Origin: an uncultured Pseudomonadota bacterium
Lineage (GTDB): Bacteria; Oederibacteriota; Muellerivitia; Muellerivitales; Muellerivitaceae
DNA: 64,000 bases
Assembly (NCBI GenBank): GCA_963836235.1
Contig: CAWIIP010000001.1
Location: 96,001-160,000 of the forward strand
Direction of reading: 5' to 3'
The translations under genes and the position numbers were made by a program. The notes under the pieces are model-generated. The model was not told where the DNA came from. It did no database searches and saw nothing but the letters and a program-made list of their open reading frames with translations. Positions 29,959 to 39,951 of the stretch are shown here, piece by piece; position 1 is the first letter of the stretch; every line of letters begins with the position of its first letter.

Positions 29959-30727
29959 AAAAAAGCAGGGCTCTTCCAAGGCCCTCATTGACCTAGATAA
30001 ATCCCGCATGAGCAAACTGAAGCAGTTTACGAAATTGCTTCAGATACCTATGGGAGATGGGCAATTTCTAAACGAGGCCCTAACTCACAAATCCTATGCG
30101 CACGAACGGAAAATGACTCCCAGTTATAACAATGAAAAATTGGAATTCCTTGGGGATTCAGTTTTGGGACTTGTCATTAGCCAGCATGTTTTTGAGACCT
30201 ATCCAGGAGTTACGGAAGGCGGGCTTTCCAAGGTCAAAAGCGTTGTAGTTAGCGCGCAGGTCTTAAGTGAAAAAGCCAAAAACCTGAATCTGGGGGATTA
30301 TATTTTGCTAGGGAAGGGGGAGGAAAAATCCGGCGGCCGTACCCGTCCGGCCCTCCTTGCGGACGCATTAGAGGCGGTCATTGGAGCTGTTTATTTGGTT
30401 GGCGGGCTTTTGGCCGCCCAGAAATTGATTTTAAGTTTCTTGCAGGAAGATGTCGATAAGGTTTTTTCGGGAAGGATTGAAAAGGATTATAAAACATTGC
30501 TTCAAGAATATTTTCAAAAAACGCATAAACTCGCTCCACGATACGATATCGTTCGGGAATGGGGACCAGATCACAATCGTAATTTCGAGGCCGCTTGCCA
30601 GATTCAAGGAAAGGTTCTCTCGACTGGGGTGGGGAAGAATAAAAAAGAAGCGGAACAACTTGCGGCCCAAGAGGCCATTCAAAAACTCCATATTCATGTT
30701 TCGACACCCAGCGACCATAAAATTTAA
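29924..30727 (+). CDS. rnc: Ribonuclease III (start uncertain, 29924 or 30008)
   Basis: ALTHKS, NEKLEFLGDSVL, ADALEAVIGA, dsRBD DYKTLLQE...KKEAEQLAA. Confidence 0.95.
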   Translation: MSLSLFKNLIPKKKQGSSKALIDLDKSRMSKLKQFTKLLQIPMGDGQFLNEALTHKSYAHERKMTPSYNNEKLEFLGDSVLGLVISQHVFETYPGVTEGGLSKVKSVVVSAQVLSEKAKNLNLGDYILLGKGEEKSGGRTRPALLADALEAVIGAVYLVGGLLAAQKLILSFLQEDVDKVFSGRIEKDYKTLLQEYFQKTHKLAPRYDIVREWGPDHNRNFEAACQIQGKVLSTGVGKNKKEAEQLAAQEAIQKLHIHVSTPSDHKI

Positions 30728-30741
30728 ATCAGGAGAACTAC

Positions 30742-30999
30742 ATGTCCAAGGGAGCGGGAGCTACTCTTTTGATGATCCTATTAGGAGAGATTTTGGGGGG
30801 GTATTTAGGCGAATTATTAGGCCTTTTAATTCCCACTGGTTTTGTTCATGACATCTTCATTAAGGGTTTTACTTTAGGCTTTGATTCCCCCCTGATTTTA
30901 AACCTACGGATTATTGTTCTTACATTCGGTGTGAAGGTTTTTATTAATTTGTTAGGCGTAGTTGGAATGATCACTGGTCTTTATTACTCTTCGAAATAA
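30742..30999 (+). CDS. DUF4321-like small membrane protein
   Basis: G..LG..LGELLG...P..LNL.II.LTFG pattern; precedes maf as usual for this family. Confidence 0.75.
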   Translation: MSKGAGATLLMILLGEILGGYLGELLGLLIPTGFVHDIFIKGFTLGFDSPLILNLRIIVLTFGVKVFINLLGVVGMITGLYYSSK

Positions 31000-31008
31000 T
31001 TTCAACCA

Positions 31009-31581
31009 ATGGAATCTATTCTTTTAGCTTCCCGGTCTCCCCGCCGCCGAAGAATTCTTAGTTTTGTAGGCATTCCTTTTAAAGTCGTAAAACCATTAAA
31101 TGTTGTCGAAAAAAGAAAAAGCGGGGAGAGACCTCGGCATTTGGTCTGCCGTCTTGCATTTGAAAAAGCCTTGGAAGTTTCAAAACGATTTCCAAAGGCA
31201 TGGGTTTTAGGGGCGGATACGATGGTTGTTTGCGGAAAAGATATTTTTGGAAAGCCACGAAATCGGCGCGAAGCGGGCAAAATGCTTCGGCACCTTCAAG
31301 GACGATCCCATACCGTTTGGACGGGTACTGCACTTGTCGGAAAGGGTGGCCGTTGGTCCAAAAGTTATGTTGAAAAAACAAAAGTATTTTTCAGAAAATT
31401 AAAAACAATTGAGTTAAAAAACTATTTGAACTCAAAAGAGCCGTACGACAAGGCTGGCGCTTATGATATCCAGGGAACAGCAAGGGCTTGGGTTCATAAA
31501 TGGGAAGGGGATTATTTCAATGTCATGGGACTACCGCTACAGTGGATAGTCCGAGAAATAAACGCGCTTAAAGAAAATTAA
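31009..31581 (+). CDS. maf: Maf nucleoside triphosphate pyrophosphatase
   Basis: LASRSPRR, EKA, GADTMV, GKP, DKAGAY.IQG, NVMGLP. Confidence 0.93.
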   Translation: MESILLASRSPRRRRILSFVGIPFKVVKPLNVVEKRKSGERPRHLVCRLAFEKALEVSKRFPKAWVLGADTMVVCGKDIFGKPRNRREAGKMLRHLQGRSHTVWTGTALVGKGGRWSKSYVEKTKVFFRKLKTIELKNYLNSKEPYDKAGAYDIQGTARAWVHKWEGDYFNVMGLPLQWIVREINALKEN

Positions 31582-33051
31582 TTAACTATTTAAAAAAGTT
31601 TTAACATTCAAGGTTTTCCGTTGCGCGCTTAAAAAGTCTTGAAGCCAATCTTGTTGTCGTTGATTTATTAAACGCTGTTGCAATTCGGCTCTTTGTTGAT
31701 CGGTTAGCGTTGAGGTGGACTTATCAGTCTTTGCGTCAATGATTTGGAAGAAATATTCTTTTTGTTCGATAGGAATAGGGCCTTTCCAGTCCTGTAGGTA
31801 AAGACCAGCCAGTTCTTCCGCCGTTGCTTTTGAGTTTTTAAGGCCTTTTATATCTGATTGGCGGTTGAACCAAGTAGTTATTGATGTTTTTAAACCCAAG
31901 TCAGCCGCGGCTTTTTCTAATGGTTCCTTCGCTTTCAACTTTTCGACTAATTCCGACGAGAGAGTGAGCATTTTTTGGGAGGCCTTTTCCTTTTGATATT
32001 GAGTTAAAACTTTCGAACGCACTTCCTCAAAAGTACTTTTGTTGGCTTTTTCGGTATCTTCAACCTGGGCAATGTCATAACCGTTTCCCAATTTAACGGG
32101 TTTGCTAATTTCCCCTTTTTTTAAACTAAAAAAAACATCCTCTAATTCTTTCGCGTCTTTCAAAGTTCCCCGTTCAATCCAGCCGAACTCGCCACCCTTG
32201 CTTTTAGTGCTCTCATCTTGAGAATATTTCTTGGCTAAATCCTCAAACTTTGCTTTCCCCGAAAGAACTTGTTGACGATAACCTTCCAAGATCTTTTGAG
32301 AGCCATCCAATTCTTGAGTCGCATTGGTTTGCGATGAAATAAAAATATGGCGGATTTTTACACGTTCGGGATGATCGAATTGGCTTCGGATTTTTTCGTA
32401 ATAATCTTTTAAGTCATCTTCTTTTATCGTTACGTTTTTTTCATAAACGGTTTCGTCCATCGATAAGTAAGCGGCTTTAAGGTCCCTGTTCATCAATTCC
32501 ATGTAATGATTGGTTTCATCATTGGTGTATAAGACGCCATCCAATAGCGTGGATCGGACTCGTTGCAACAAAATCTGCTTCCGTTCAGAATCTTCGTATT
32601 CCGCGACCGTTAATTGGTGGTCCTGCAGAATTTTGTAATATTCATTCTTGTCAAAATTTCCGTTTTTGTCGGCAAAATAGCTTTGATGGCGAATGGTTCC
32701 AGCCAACTCCTCATCCGAGACAGTAATACCCAATTTTTGGGCGGTTTGCTCCAATACCACGTCATCGATTAAATTATCCAAAACCTCTTCTTGAAGATGC
32801 TTTGTTTCTTCCGGCGTAGGACCCTCGTCTTTTGCGGCGTAAAGCTTATCCAATACTGGCTGATAAGCTTTGTTGAAATCGGCCCGGGTAACTCCGCCAT
32901 CACCGACTTGCGCGGCATAAAGATTGGAATCGACCTTTCCCGACATGCTAAATTTCATCCCGAATACAAAAAAGATGCTGCTGACAAATACAACGACTAG
33001 CATCCAAAGGACAACATGCATGGTTCTTTTGTCCCGAAGGGCACGCATCAT
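31582..33051 (-). CDS. PpiD/SurA-like periplasmic chaperone with parvulin PPIase domain
   Basis: N-terminal TM anchor, SurA-N helices, RHIFI...FEDLAKKYSQD..TK.KGGEFGW. Confidence 0.88.
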   Translation of the reverse strand: MMRALRDKRTMHVVLWMLVVVFVSSIFFVFGMKFSMSGKVDSNLYAAQVGDGGVTRADFNKAYQPVLDKLYAAKDEGPTPEETKHLQEEVLDNLIDDVVLEQTAQKLGITVSDEELAGTIRHQSYFADKNGNFDKNEYYKILQDHQLTVAEYEDSERKQILLQRVRSTLLDGVLYTNDETNHYMELMNRDLKAAYLSMDETVYEKNVTIKEDDLKDYYEKIRSQFDHPERVKIRHIFISSQTNATQELDGSQKILEGYRQQVLSGKAKFEDLAKKYSQDESTKSKGGEFGWIERGTLKDAKELEDVFFSLKKGEISKPVKLGNGYDIAQVEDTEKANKSTFEEVRSKVLTQYQKEKASQKMLTLSSELVEKLKAKEPLEKAAADLGLKTSITTWFNRQSDIKGLKNSKATAEELAGLYLQDWKGPIPIEQKEYFFQIIDAKTDKSTSTLTDQQRAELQQRLINQRQQDWLQDFLSAQRKTLNVKTFLNS

Positions 33052-33460
33052 GAGGAGGCCTCCAAAGCAATTTTATGAATCACAGAAACCTATTAGGTCC
33101 GAATTAAAACGGGCGCATTATATCAATAACTTTCAATGGAACAATGGAATCTCAACACTACTTAACGCGCATGAAAAAATTAGACTTCAAAGACAACCAC
33201 CTAAACCTCTTAAAATATAGTGGTTTAGTGTAGACGCGCTATTATCGCATCCGAGTTTGTGTCTGTGTTAGCTGCGATCCACTCGAAAAAAGCTTTGTTG
33301 AAAATAAGTTGGGAGCTTGTCTATACTGCCGATTAAGCAGCTTAAGGTTGAAAGAATTGTCCAATAGGGCTGGTTTCGTAATAAGGGTAATTTGATGGAT
33401 GGACTGCTGGTTTTAGATATGCTGTTCCCACCGAGTCATAAGTTGAAAGCCAAGGATACA

Positions 33461-35245
33461 ATGAATAGACCGAAATTCTTTGTAAGCATACTTTTTCTAT
33501 CGATCTGGCCCGCATTTTTATTGGCCCAGGATTCAGAAAAAGAGTCGATTTATATCCAGGCTATTCAAGCCAATCCAAATGATGAGAACGCCCATTACAA
33601 TCTAGGCGTTTCTTATCTTAACGAACAAAAGTTTGAACTTGCCATTTCAGAGTTTCAAAAATCTGTTCAATTGAATTCTTCAGATAATTCGGCAAAGGCG
33701 CTTCTTGAGATTTGCGAAGGTAAGGTGGCCCAGTCGAATGAAAACTATCCTTCCGCAATTGAACACTTTCAAAACACCCTAAAATTCGATCCGGGAAACG
33801 CCGACGCGAAACGTTTTTTGAATGTTTGCAACGCAAAAGTTTTTATCGCTGAAAAAAAATATCTGGAAGCCATAACGGTTTTAAAGCAAATGATAGAGGA
33901 AAACCCTCGAGACTTTTGGGCTTATCAGACGCTAGGCGTTATTTATTTCCAATTAAAGGATTATCAAAATGTTGTTGAGTGCTTTAATCAATTAAAAAAC
34001 CACCGGGAAGATCCCCAGATTTATAAACTTCTTGGAATTTCCTATTATCAATTGGGGGATTTTACCAACGCGATTGACCACTACAAAAAATCTATTGCTC
34101 TTGAAGTGTCAAAAGACCCGAAGGATCGAGACGAGAATTCTTTAGGAGACACTTACAATAATTTGGGTCTTGCTTATTACGATAATGCTTCCTATGACGA
34201 TGCCGCAGCCGAATTTGCGGAAGCCTTTAAAATTAATCCCAAGGACTCAAATGCGGCGGTTGCTCAGGGCTCTGCGATTGATTCGGCGGTTAATGCCCAC
34301 ATGCAAAAGGCCAGTAACTTTCTTTTGAACAACCAGTACTCTGCCGCGATTGCTGAATGGCAGAAAGTTTTGAAGTATCAGCCGGACAATAGGCAAGCTC
34401 TAGGTTTTATCGCCGACGCCCAAGGTAAATTGGATACGGAGGTTGAAAGGCATTATATGGCAGGAGAATCATCATATAAAGCTGGGAATTCCGTTGCGGC
34501 TCTCAATGAATGGAATGAAGCGTTGAAAATGGATCCGAACAACGAAAAGGTCTTAAATGCAGTTAATAACATAAAAGTCAAAAATACGGAACGTGTCAAA
34601 GTCCTTTTGGCGGAGGGCGATGAATTTTATCAAGCGAAAAATTATTCAGACGCATACAGCAGTTACTCGAAGGCCAGTAAGATCGCCCCGCATAGTTCTG
34701 CGGTGAAATCTCGTTTGATGAAACTGAAAAAGAACCAAACGAAGGATACGGACGCAGCTTTTATAAAAGCAAAAGAGTACTATTCAAAAAAAGATTTATT
34801 AAATGCTAAAAAATATCTTTTAGAAGCCCAAGAACTTGATCCTAAGGACTATCGAATTGGAGAAAATCTTTTTAAAGTTCAAAAAGATATTAGTAATAAG
34901 GTTAAAGATTTGGACGCGGAGGGTGTTTCGCTTTTTGAGGGTGGGGATAAGGGAAGCGCGGAATCGAAATTCATGGAAGTTCTTCGATTCACGCCGGACG
35001 ACAACACGGCGAACGATTATGTTAAGCGAATGACGGGACAACAAGCACAGGCGAAAGTAGATGCCGAAAAAGTAAAGGAATTGTACTATGATGGTGTTAA
35101 TCTCTACATTAACGGGAAAATCCATGAGGCTATCGCCCAATGGCAAGAGTGCCTTAAAGAAGATTCCAATAATGTTAATGCGCAAAGCAATATTAACAAG
35201 GCAATGGTTAAGCTTCAGTCCATCGAGAAACTTAGCCAAAATTGA
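33461..35245 (+). CDS. Exported tetratricopeptide-repeat protein
   Basis: Signal peptide then many TPRs (AHYNLGVSY, TYNNLGLAYY, AIAEWQKVL). Confidence 0.88.
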   Translation: MNRPKFFVSILFLSIWPAFLLAQDSEKESIYIQAIQANPNDENAHYNLGVSYLNEQKFELAISEFQKSVQLNSSDNSAKALLEICEGKVAQSNENYPSAIEHFQNTLKFDPGNADAKRFLNVCNAKVFIAEKKYLEAITVLKQMIEENPRDFWAYQTLGVIYFQLKDYQNVVECFNQLKNHREDPQIYKLLGISYYQLGDFTNAIDHYKKSIALEVSKDPKDRDENSLGDTYNNLGLAYYDNASYDDAAAEFAEAFKINPKDSNAAVAQGSAIDSAVNAHMQKASNFLLNNQYSAAIAEWQKVLKYQPDNRQALGFIADAQGKLDTEVERHYMAGESSYKAGNSVAALNEWNEALKMDPNNEKVLNAVNNIKVKNTERVKVLLAEGDEFYQAKNYSDAYSSYSKASKIAPHSSAVKSRLMKLKKNQTKDTDAAFIKAKEYYSKKDLLNAKKYLLEAQELDPKDYRIGENLFKVQKDISNKVKDLDAEGVSLFEGGDKGSAESKFMEVLRFTPDDNTANDYVKRMTGQQAQAKVDAEKVKELYYDGVNLYINGKIHEAIAQWQECLKEDSNNVNAQSNINKAMVKLQSIEKLSQN

Positions 35246-35287
35246 GGATGCTATTTCCGTCAAGTGGATTTTGCCGATCAAGTAAAC

Positions 35288-35364
<77 letters not shown>

Positions 35365-35378
35365 TTTAATCAAAATCC

Positions 35379-36913
35379 ATGAAAAATTTTTCGATTATTA
35401 GCGGATTAACCATTTTTTTAATTTTGTATTTTTTTATTAAGACGGATTTGTTATTCGCGCAAGTAACCGCCGATGATTCCAGGCCTTTTGGCCAGGGACA
35501 AGTGATTGATTTACCCGGCACCACCGATTATCTAGGTGACATACCACATGAAATCACAGCCATTACCGACCCTCTCCCATATCACACGATTGCCGGACTG
35601 TCCGCGGCACAAGTGGGTTGGGTGTATCCAAACGCCATGAATAACCAGGAAGTTGGTGTCTTTTTTGATGATCTTCCTTATCCATTTCCATCAGCGACTA
35701 TTTTAAATTGGATGCCGGCAACAGGATCATTTGAATTATTAGATTTTCCCGCGGGAGCCTGGTGGGGTCCGGGCGCATCAAAGGGCGCGGTTCAATTACA
35801 ACTCCCCGCATTGCCTGAGAAATCCGAAACTTTTGGCTCCATGTGGGGCGGTAGTGAGGGGGGGGAGGCGGAGCGGGGCAGTATCAGAATGAAATTTTAT
35901 CCGTCAACGGCAATTATCAACATGAAGCTTTGACGGGCGGTAATTCTTCTGACACTTTTAACACGATGTCAAAAATAAATTGGGTAAAAAACGATTCGCT
36001 AAAACTAGAAAGTGGATTTTTAGGTTCCCAATGGCTTTCCAATGACTCTTGGTATTCTTTTTTTACTTCAATCAAGTTAGACGGTTCAAATTTCCAATCC
36101 TTTCAAATCAAACCCTTTTTTCAATCAGCCCAATTAGGTGGGCAAAACGTGAAGGAAATAGGCGGCCATATTCAATATCAATTCAACATGGCTGGATTGT
36201 TTGAAAGCCATTTAATCGGGGGGTGGAGTCGGGATTATTTTGATTCATCTCCGGGTTCAGGCGATGTGAATAAGGAATTTATCCAGAATACGGAAATATT
36301 TGATGCGTTAGGTTTTATCAGCGGTGACCTGGCTTTTCGATGGGATTTTTCAAACGATTCTGAAACTATTTTCAGCACCTTATTAGGGATGCAGGGGAGT
36401 TTGGGTGATTGGTTACTTTTGGGGGACTATTCGAAAGGGACCGACGCGACACTGTTGGAGAATGTCCAACAAGCAGATTTTGGCGTCCGATATCAACCGG
36501 ACGATATTTTGAATTTTAGCTGCAAATATATCCATGAACAGATCGGGACGGCTGTATTAAATGGGGGCAGGATAAAATTTCAATTTGACGATCATTCGCC
36601 ACTATTGATGGTATTCAAAAAAGCGAGGCTTGAATTAACCGAACAACTCCTTCAAGAGCAAGGGGAGGCGTTGATAAATGATGTGGGTGGAAAATTACAA
36701 TTCAGCCTTTTTCAACGGGATAACTTTTGGTTTGAGGGAAGAGACGTATCGAATCAACCGTTTTATAGCGAACTTGGGGCGGATTATTTCCTTAATGATT
36801 ACTTGAAAATTTTCATCACCGTTGCGAATTTGAACAATCTTCCTGTATCGTGGCCTGACCCTAATTCGCTGGAAGGCCGTATATTTTGGTTCGGGATCGA
36901 AATTAAAAGTTGA
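35379..36913 (+). CDS. Outer-membrane protein resembling a TonB-dependent receptor (plug plus barrel), split by a frameshift in a G8 tract
   Basis: Signal peptide; GAWWGPGASKGAVQL resembles the plug-end motif; amphipathic strands; NLNN and GRIFWFGIEIK C-terminus; the two ORFs join if G8 at 35858-35865 becomes G9 or G6. Confidence 0.6.
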
Positions 36914-36963
36914 GAAACCACGGCGTTCTTAGCGCTCAGTGGTAGAAGGTGCTAACTTAAGAA

Positions 36964-37890
36964 ATGAAAAAAAAATTATTTATTTTTTTTCTGCTGGTTA
37001 TCTTGCCGATTTCCTGTGCTTGGGCCCAAAACCAGGGAATAACTGGCGCGGATATTTTAAAGGTTCCTATTGGAGTCAGGCCTGCCGCTTTAGGCGGGAC
37101 TTACTCCGCTTTTGGCGATGATGTTTATGTGATTGGATATAATCCCGCCGGGCTTGCCCGAGTGTCAAAATATAGTTTGGGAATCGACCATATCCAAGGT
37201 TTTTCGGACGTTCAAATCGAATCCCTGAGTGTCGCTATCCCGACAAAAAATTACGGCAATTTCGGCGCGCAGGTTATTTTTCAACATATGCCAAATATCA
37301 ACAACAGCCTCGCGTCCGACCCCGTTGTTACCGCCGATGATTTTGTGGTGACCTTTGCCGATGCCCAACAATTCGGTAAGGTGGCCATAGGAGGGGCGTT
37401 TAAAACAATTGTTTCGACTTTGGGTAATAAACAGGCTTTTACCCAAGCGATCGACCTTGGATTTAAGATTCAACTTTTGGAAACTGATTTTGCCGCGGTA
37501 GTTCAAAACGTGGGGCCGGCCGTTCAATTTCAACCTGACCCCCAGGGACAGGATCCACTGCCTTTGACTTTTCGCTTGGCGGTTGCCCACCCGCTCATTG
37601 TTTCGCCATCTTCAACACTTCTTGCCAGCGCGGAAGCTTTTAATATCCGGGACGAGGGAAATCAAGCATCGGTGGGAGCTGAATATTGGCACCGGAGTAT
37701 CCTCGCGATTCGCGCTGGTTACCGTTTTAGCGATCAGGACAATTTGAATGGCGGTTTTTCGGCGGGCGCCGCTATTCGTTATAATCTGGGGAAACTCGAG
37801 TATGAGATTGGATATGCTTGGCGCCCAGCCCAAGTTAGCTCTAGTTTTATTGCCGCTTCCAATATATTTGGCCTTCTTTTGTGGTACTGA
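36964..37890 (+). CDS. PorV/PorQ-family (FadL-like) outer-membrane barrel
   Basis: Signal peptide; LKVPIGVRPAALGG.YSAF.DD....YNPAGLA; GAEYW...LAIRAGY. Confidence 0.8.
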   Translation: MKKKLFIFFLLVILPISCAWAQNQGITGADILKVPIGVRPAALGGTYSAFGDDVYVIGYNPAGLARVSKYSLGIDHIQGFSDVQIESLSVAIPTKNYGNFGAQVIFQHMPNINNSLASDPVVTADDFVVTFADAQQFGKVAIGGAFKTIVSTLGNKQAFTQAIDLGFKIQLLETDFAAVVQNVGPAVQFQPDPQGQDPLPLTFRLAVAHPLIVSPSSTLLASAEAFNIRDEGNQASVGAEYWHRSILAIRAGYRFSDQDNLNGGFSAGAAIRYNLGKLEYEIGYAWRPAQVSSSFIAASNIFGLLLWY

Positions 37891-37904
37891 TGATTAGACA
37901 AAAC

Positions 37905-37933
37905 TTGACAACCCCATAATCGCTGAATAAACT
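37905..37933 (+). promoter_or_regulatory. Sigma70 promoter for rplU-rpmA
   Basis: TTGACA-17-TAAACT. Confidence 0.65.
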
Positions 37934-37979
37934 CTCTCTTCCTCAAATGTGGGGGTTTGTACTTTTAGGGAGGCTTTTC

Positions 37980-38294
37980 ATGTACGCAGTCATTAAAACC
38001 GGTGGGAAACAATACCGGGTTACAGAGGGTGATGTCATCACGGTTGACCGGCTCGAGGGTAATCCTGGAGATGCCGTTGAATTTGATAAAGTTGTCATGC
38101 TGGAAAATAACGGGCAATTCAAACTTAAGCAAAGCGAAATCAAAAGCACAAAGGTTACTGGAAAGATCGTTGAAAAAACCCAGGGCAAGAAAATCAGGGT
38201 TTTTCGTTACCGCCGCCGCAAAAACACCATGCGGACTAAAGGTTCCAGGCCTAAATATACGACTGTTTCAATCGAGAAGATTTTAATAGCCTAA
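37980..38294 (+). CDS. rplU: 50S ribosomal protein L21
   Basis: [16 protein letters not shown]. Confidence 0.97.
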   Translation: MYAVIKTGGKQYRVTEGDVITVDRLEGNPGDAVEFDKVVMLENNGQFKLKQSEIKSTKVTGKIVEKTQGKKIRVFRYRRRKNTMRTKGSRPKYTTVSIEKILIA

Positions 38295-38319
38295 ATTAGT
38301 TACTAGAGAGGAAAATTTT

Positions 38320-38580
38320 ATGGGTCAGCATAAAGCCGGGGGGTCAACCCGAAATGGCCGTGATAGCAATAGTCAAAGGCTTGGTATCAAAGCTTTTGGG
38401 GGAAACTTCGTCACGGCGGGAAGCATCTTGATCCGTCAAAGAGGAATGCGGTATAAGCCCGGCCAAAACGTGGGTGTGGGCAAAGACGATACCCTTTTCG
38501 CGAAAATTTCCGGTTTGGTCAGTTTCAGGGAATTTAAAAAGGGATCAAAAATGGTCAATGTGGAACCCAAACAAGCTTGA
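38320..38580 (+). CDS. rpmA: 50S ribosomal protein L27
   Basis: [40 protein letters not shown]. Confidence 0.97.
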   Translation: MGQHKAGGSTRNGRDSNSQRLGIKAFGGNFVTAGSILIRQRGMRYKPGQNVGVGKDDTLFAKISGLVSFREFKKGSKMVNVEPKQA

Positions 38581-38592
38581 GAGTGAGTCGCG

Positions 38593-38623
38593 AAAAAACC
38601 TCGCCCTTGGGCGGGGTTTTTTT
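38593..38623 (+). terminator. Intrinsic terminator after rpmA
   Basis: AAAAAACCTCGCCC-TT-GGGCGGGGTTTTTTT. Confidence 0.85.
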
Positions 38624-38655
38624 GTTTATGGGCCTTTTTCTGAAAGTAAAAATCA

Positions 38656-39951
38656 ATGATCATCGATGAAGTGACAATTACCGTTGAGGCGGGAACCGGG
38701 GGAAATGGTTGCCTTAGTTTTCGACGGGAAAAATATGTCCCGCGCGGCGGACCCGATGGGGGCAATGGCGGGAAAGGCGGGGATGTTTTTCTGGAAGCCC
38801 GGACGGATGTTAATACCCTCGTTGATTTTATCTATCGCCCCCTGTTCAAAGCGGACCACGGAGGGCACGGCAAGGGAAAGAACCAGCACGGAAAAGATAC
38901 TCCTGAAATCACCATCCGTGTTCCCGTGGGCACGTTAGTTTGGAATGAAAACCGGGAACTGGTTGTGGATATGAACGAAGATGGCATGAAATATTTAATC
39001 GCCAAAGGCGGGCGCGGGGGAAGGGGCAACACCACTTTCGCGACCTCGACCCAACAAGCCCCCAAGCTGGCCGAGAGAGGGGAGCCGGGAGAAGTCAAAA
39101 CCCTTCGCTTGGAACTTAAGTTATTGGCGGATGTCGGCATCGTCGGTTTTCCCAACGCCGGAAAATCAACCCTGCTTTCCAGGGTCACTCACGCGCACCC
39201 CAAAATCGCGGATTATCCTTTTACGACATTGGAGCCACAATTAGGAGTGGTGAAATTGTCGGAAGGCCGAAGTTTTGTTTTGGCGGATGTTCCGGGGCTT
39301 ATCGAGGGGGCCAGCCAGGGGAAAGGGCTTGGGATCCGCTTTTTACGTCATCTCGAAAGGACCAAGCTCCTATTACATTTGGTCGATCTATCGAATTTGC
39401 AAAGTTATTCTGAACTCAAAAAAGGCATCAAAACCATTCAAAAAGAATTGAAACAACATAGCCCGAAATTTTTAAAAATACCCCAGCTCATCGTTTTGAC
39501 GAAAATGGATTCGGCCGCTAATAAGGAATTTTCGAATTGGATTCAAAAATTTAAAATTGAAAAAATAAAAGTTATGGCGATTTCCGCGGTCACTGGCGCG
39601 GGATTAAATCCATTATTAGAGGAAACCTGGTCTTTGTTATCGGCCATCAAAAAAGAAATGGCTGAGAAAGATTCCGGTCCGGCAAAAACACTCTATCAAG
39701 CAAAGGTCAGGTTCCAGGTCAAGAAAGACGACAAGGCTTTTTATGTGACTGGAACCGAGATAAAAAAATGGGTGGCGATGACCAATTTCGAGAACCGGGA
39801 CGCCCTGGAACGGTTTCAAAAAATATTGCAAAGGATGGGCGTTGTCCAGGCCTTGAAGAAGCAGGGTGTTCGTGATGGGGCTACGGTTTTTTGCGATAGT
39901 CAGGAATTGATTTTTGGATCAGAGGAATTGAGCCCTTATGATGACCTTTGA
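38656..39951 (+). CDS. obgE: GTPase ObgE/CgtA with C-terminal OCT domain
   Basis: FRREKYVPRGGPDGGNGG, GFPNAGKST, YPFTT, DVPG, TKMD. Confidence 0.97.
   Translation: MIIDEVTITVEAGTGGNGCLSFRREKYVPRGGPDGGNGGKGGDVFLEARTDVNTLVDFIYRPLFKADHGGHGKGKNQHGKDTPEITIRVPVGTLVWNENRELVVDMNEDGMKYLIAKGGRGGRGNTTFATSTQQAPKLAERGEPGEVKTLRLELKLLADVGIVGFPNAGKSTLLSRVTHAHPKIADYPFTTLEPQLGVVKLSEGRSFVLADVPGLIEGASQGKGLGIRFLRHLERTKLLLHLVDLSNLQSYSELKKGIKTIQKELKQHSPKFLKIPQLIVLTKMDSAANKEFSNWIQKFKIEKIKVMAISAVTGAGLNPLLEETWSLLSAIKKEMAEKDSGPAKTLYQAKVRFQVKKDDKAFYVTGTEIKKWVAMTNFENRDALERFQKILQRMGVVQALKKQGVRDGATVFCDSQELIFGSEELSPYDDL

Noticed and set aside
36921-36965. GCTCAGTGGTAGA resembling a tRNA D-arm (possible att remnant)
   Set aside because: No T-arm or acceptor stem, no match to the 3' end of tRNA-Gly, no integrase.
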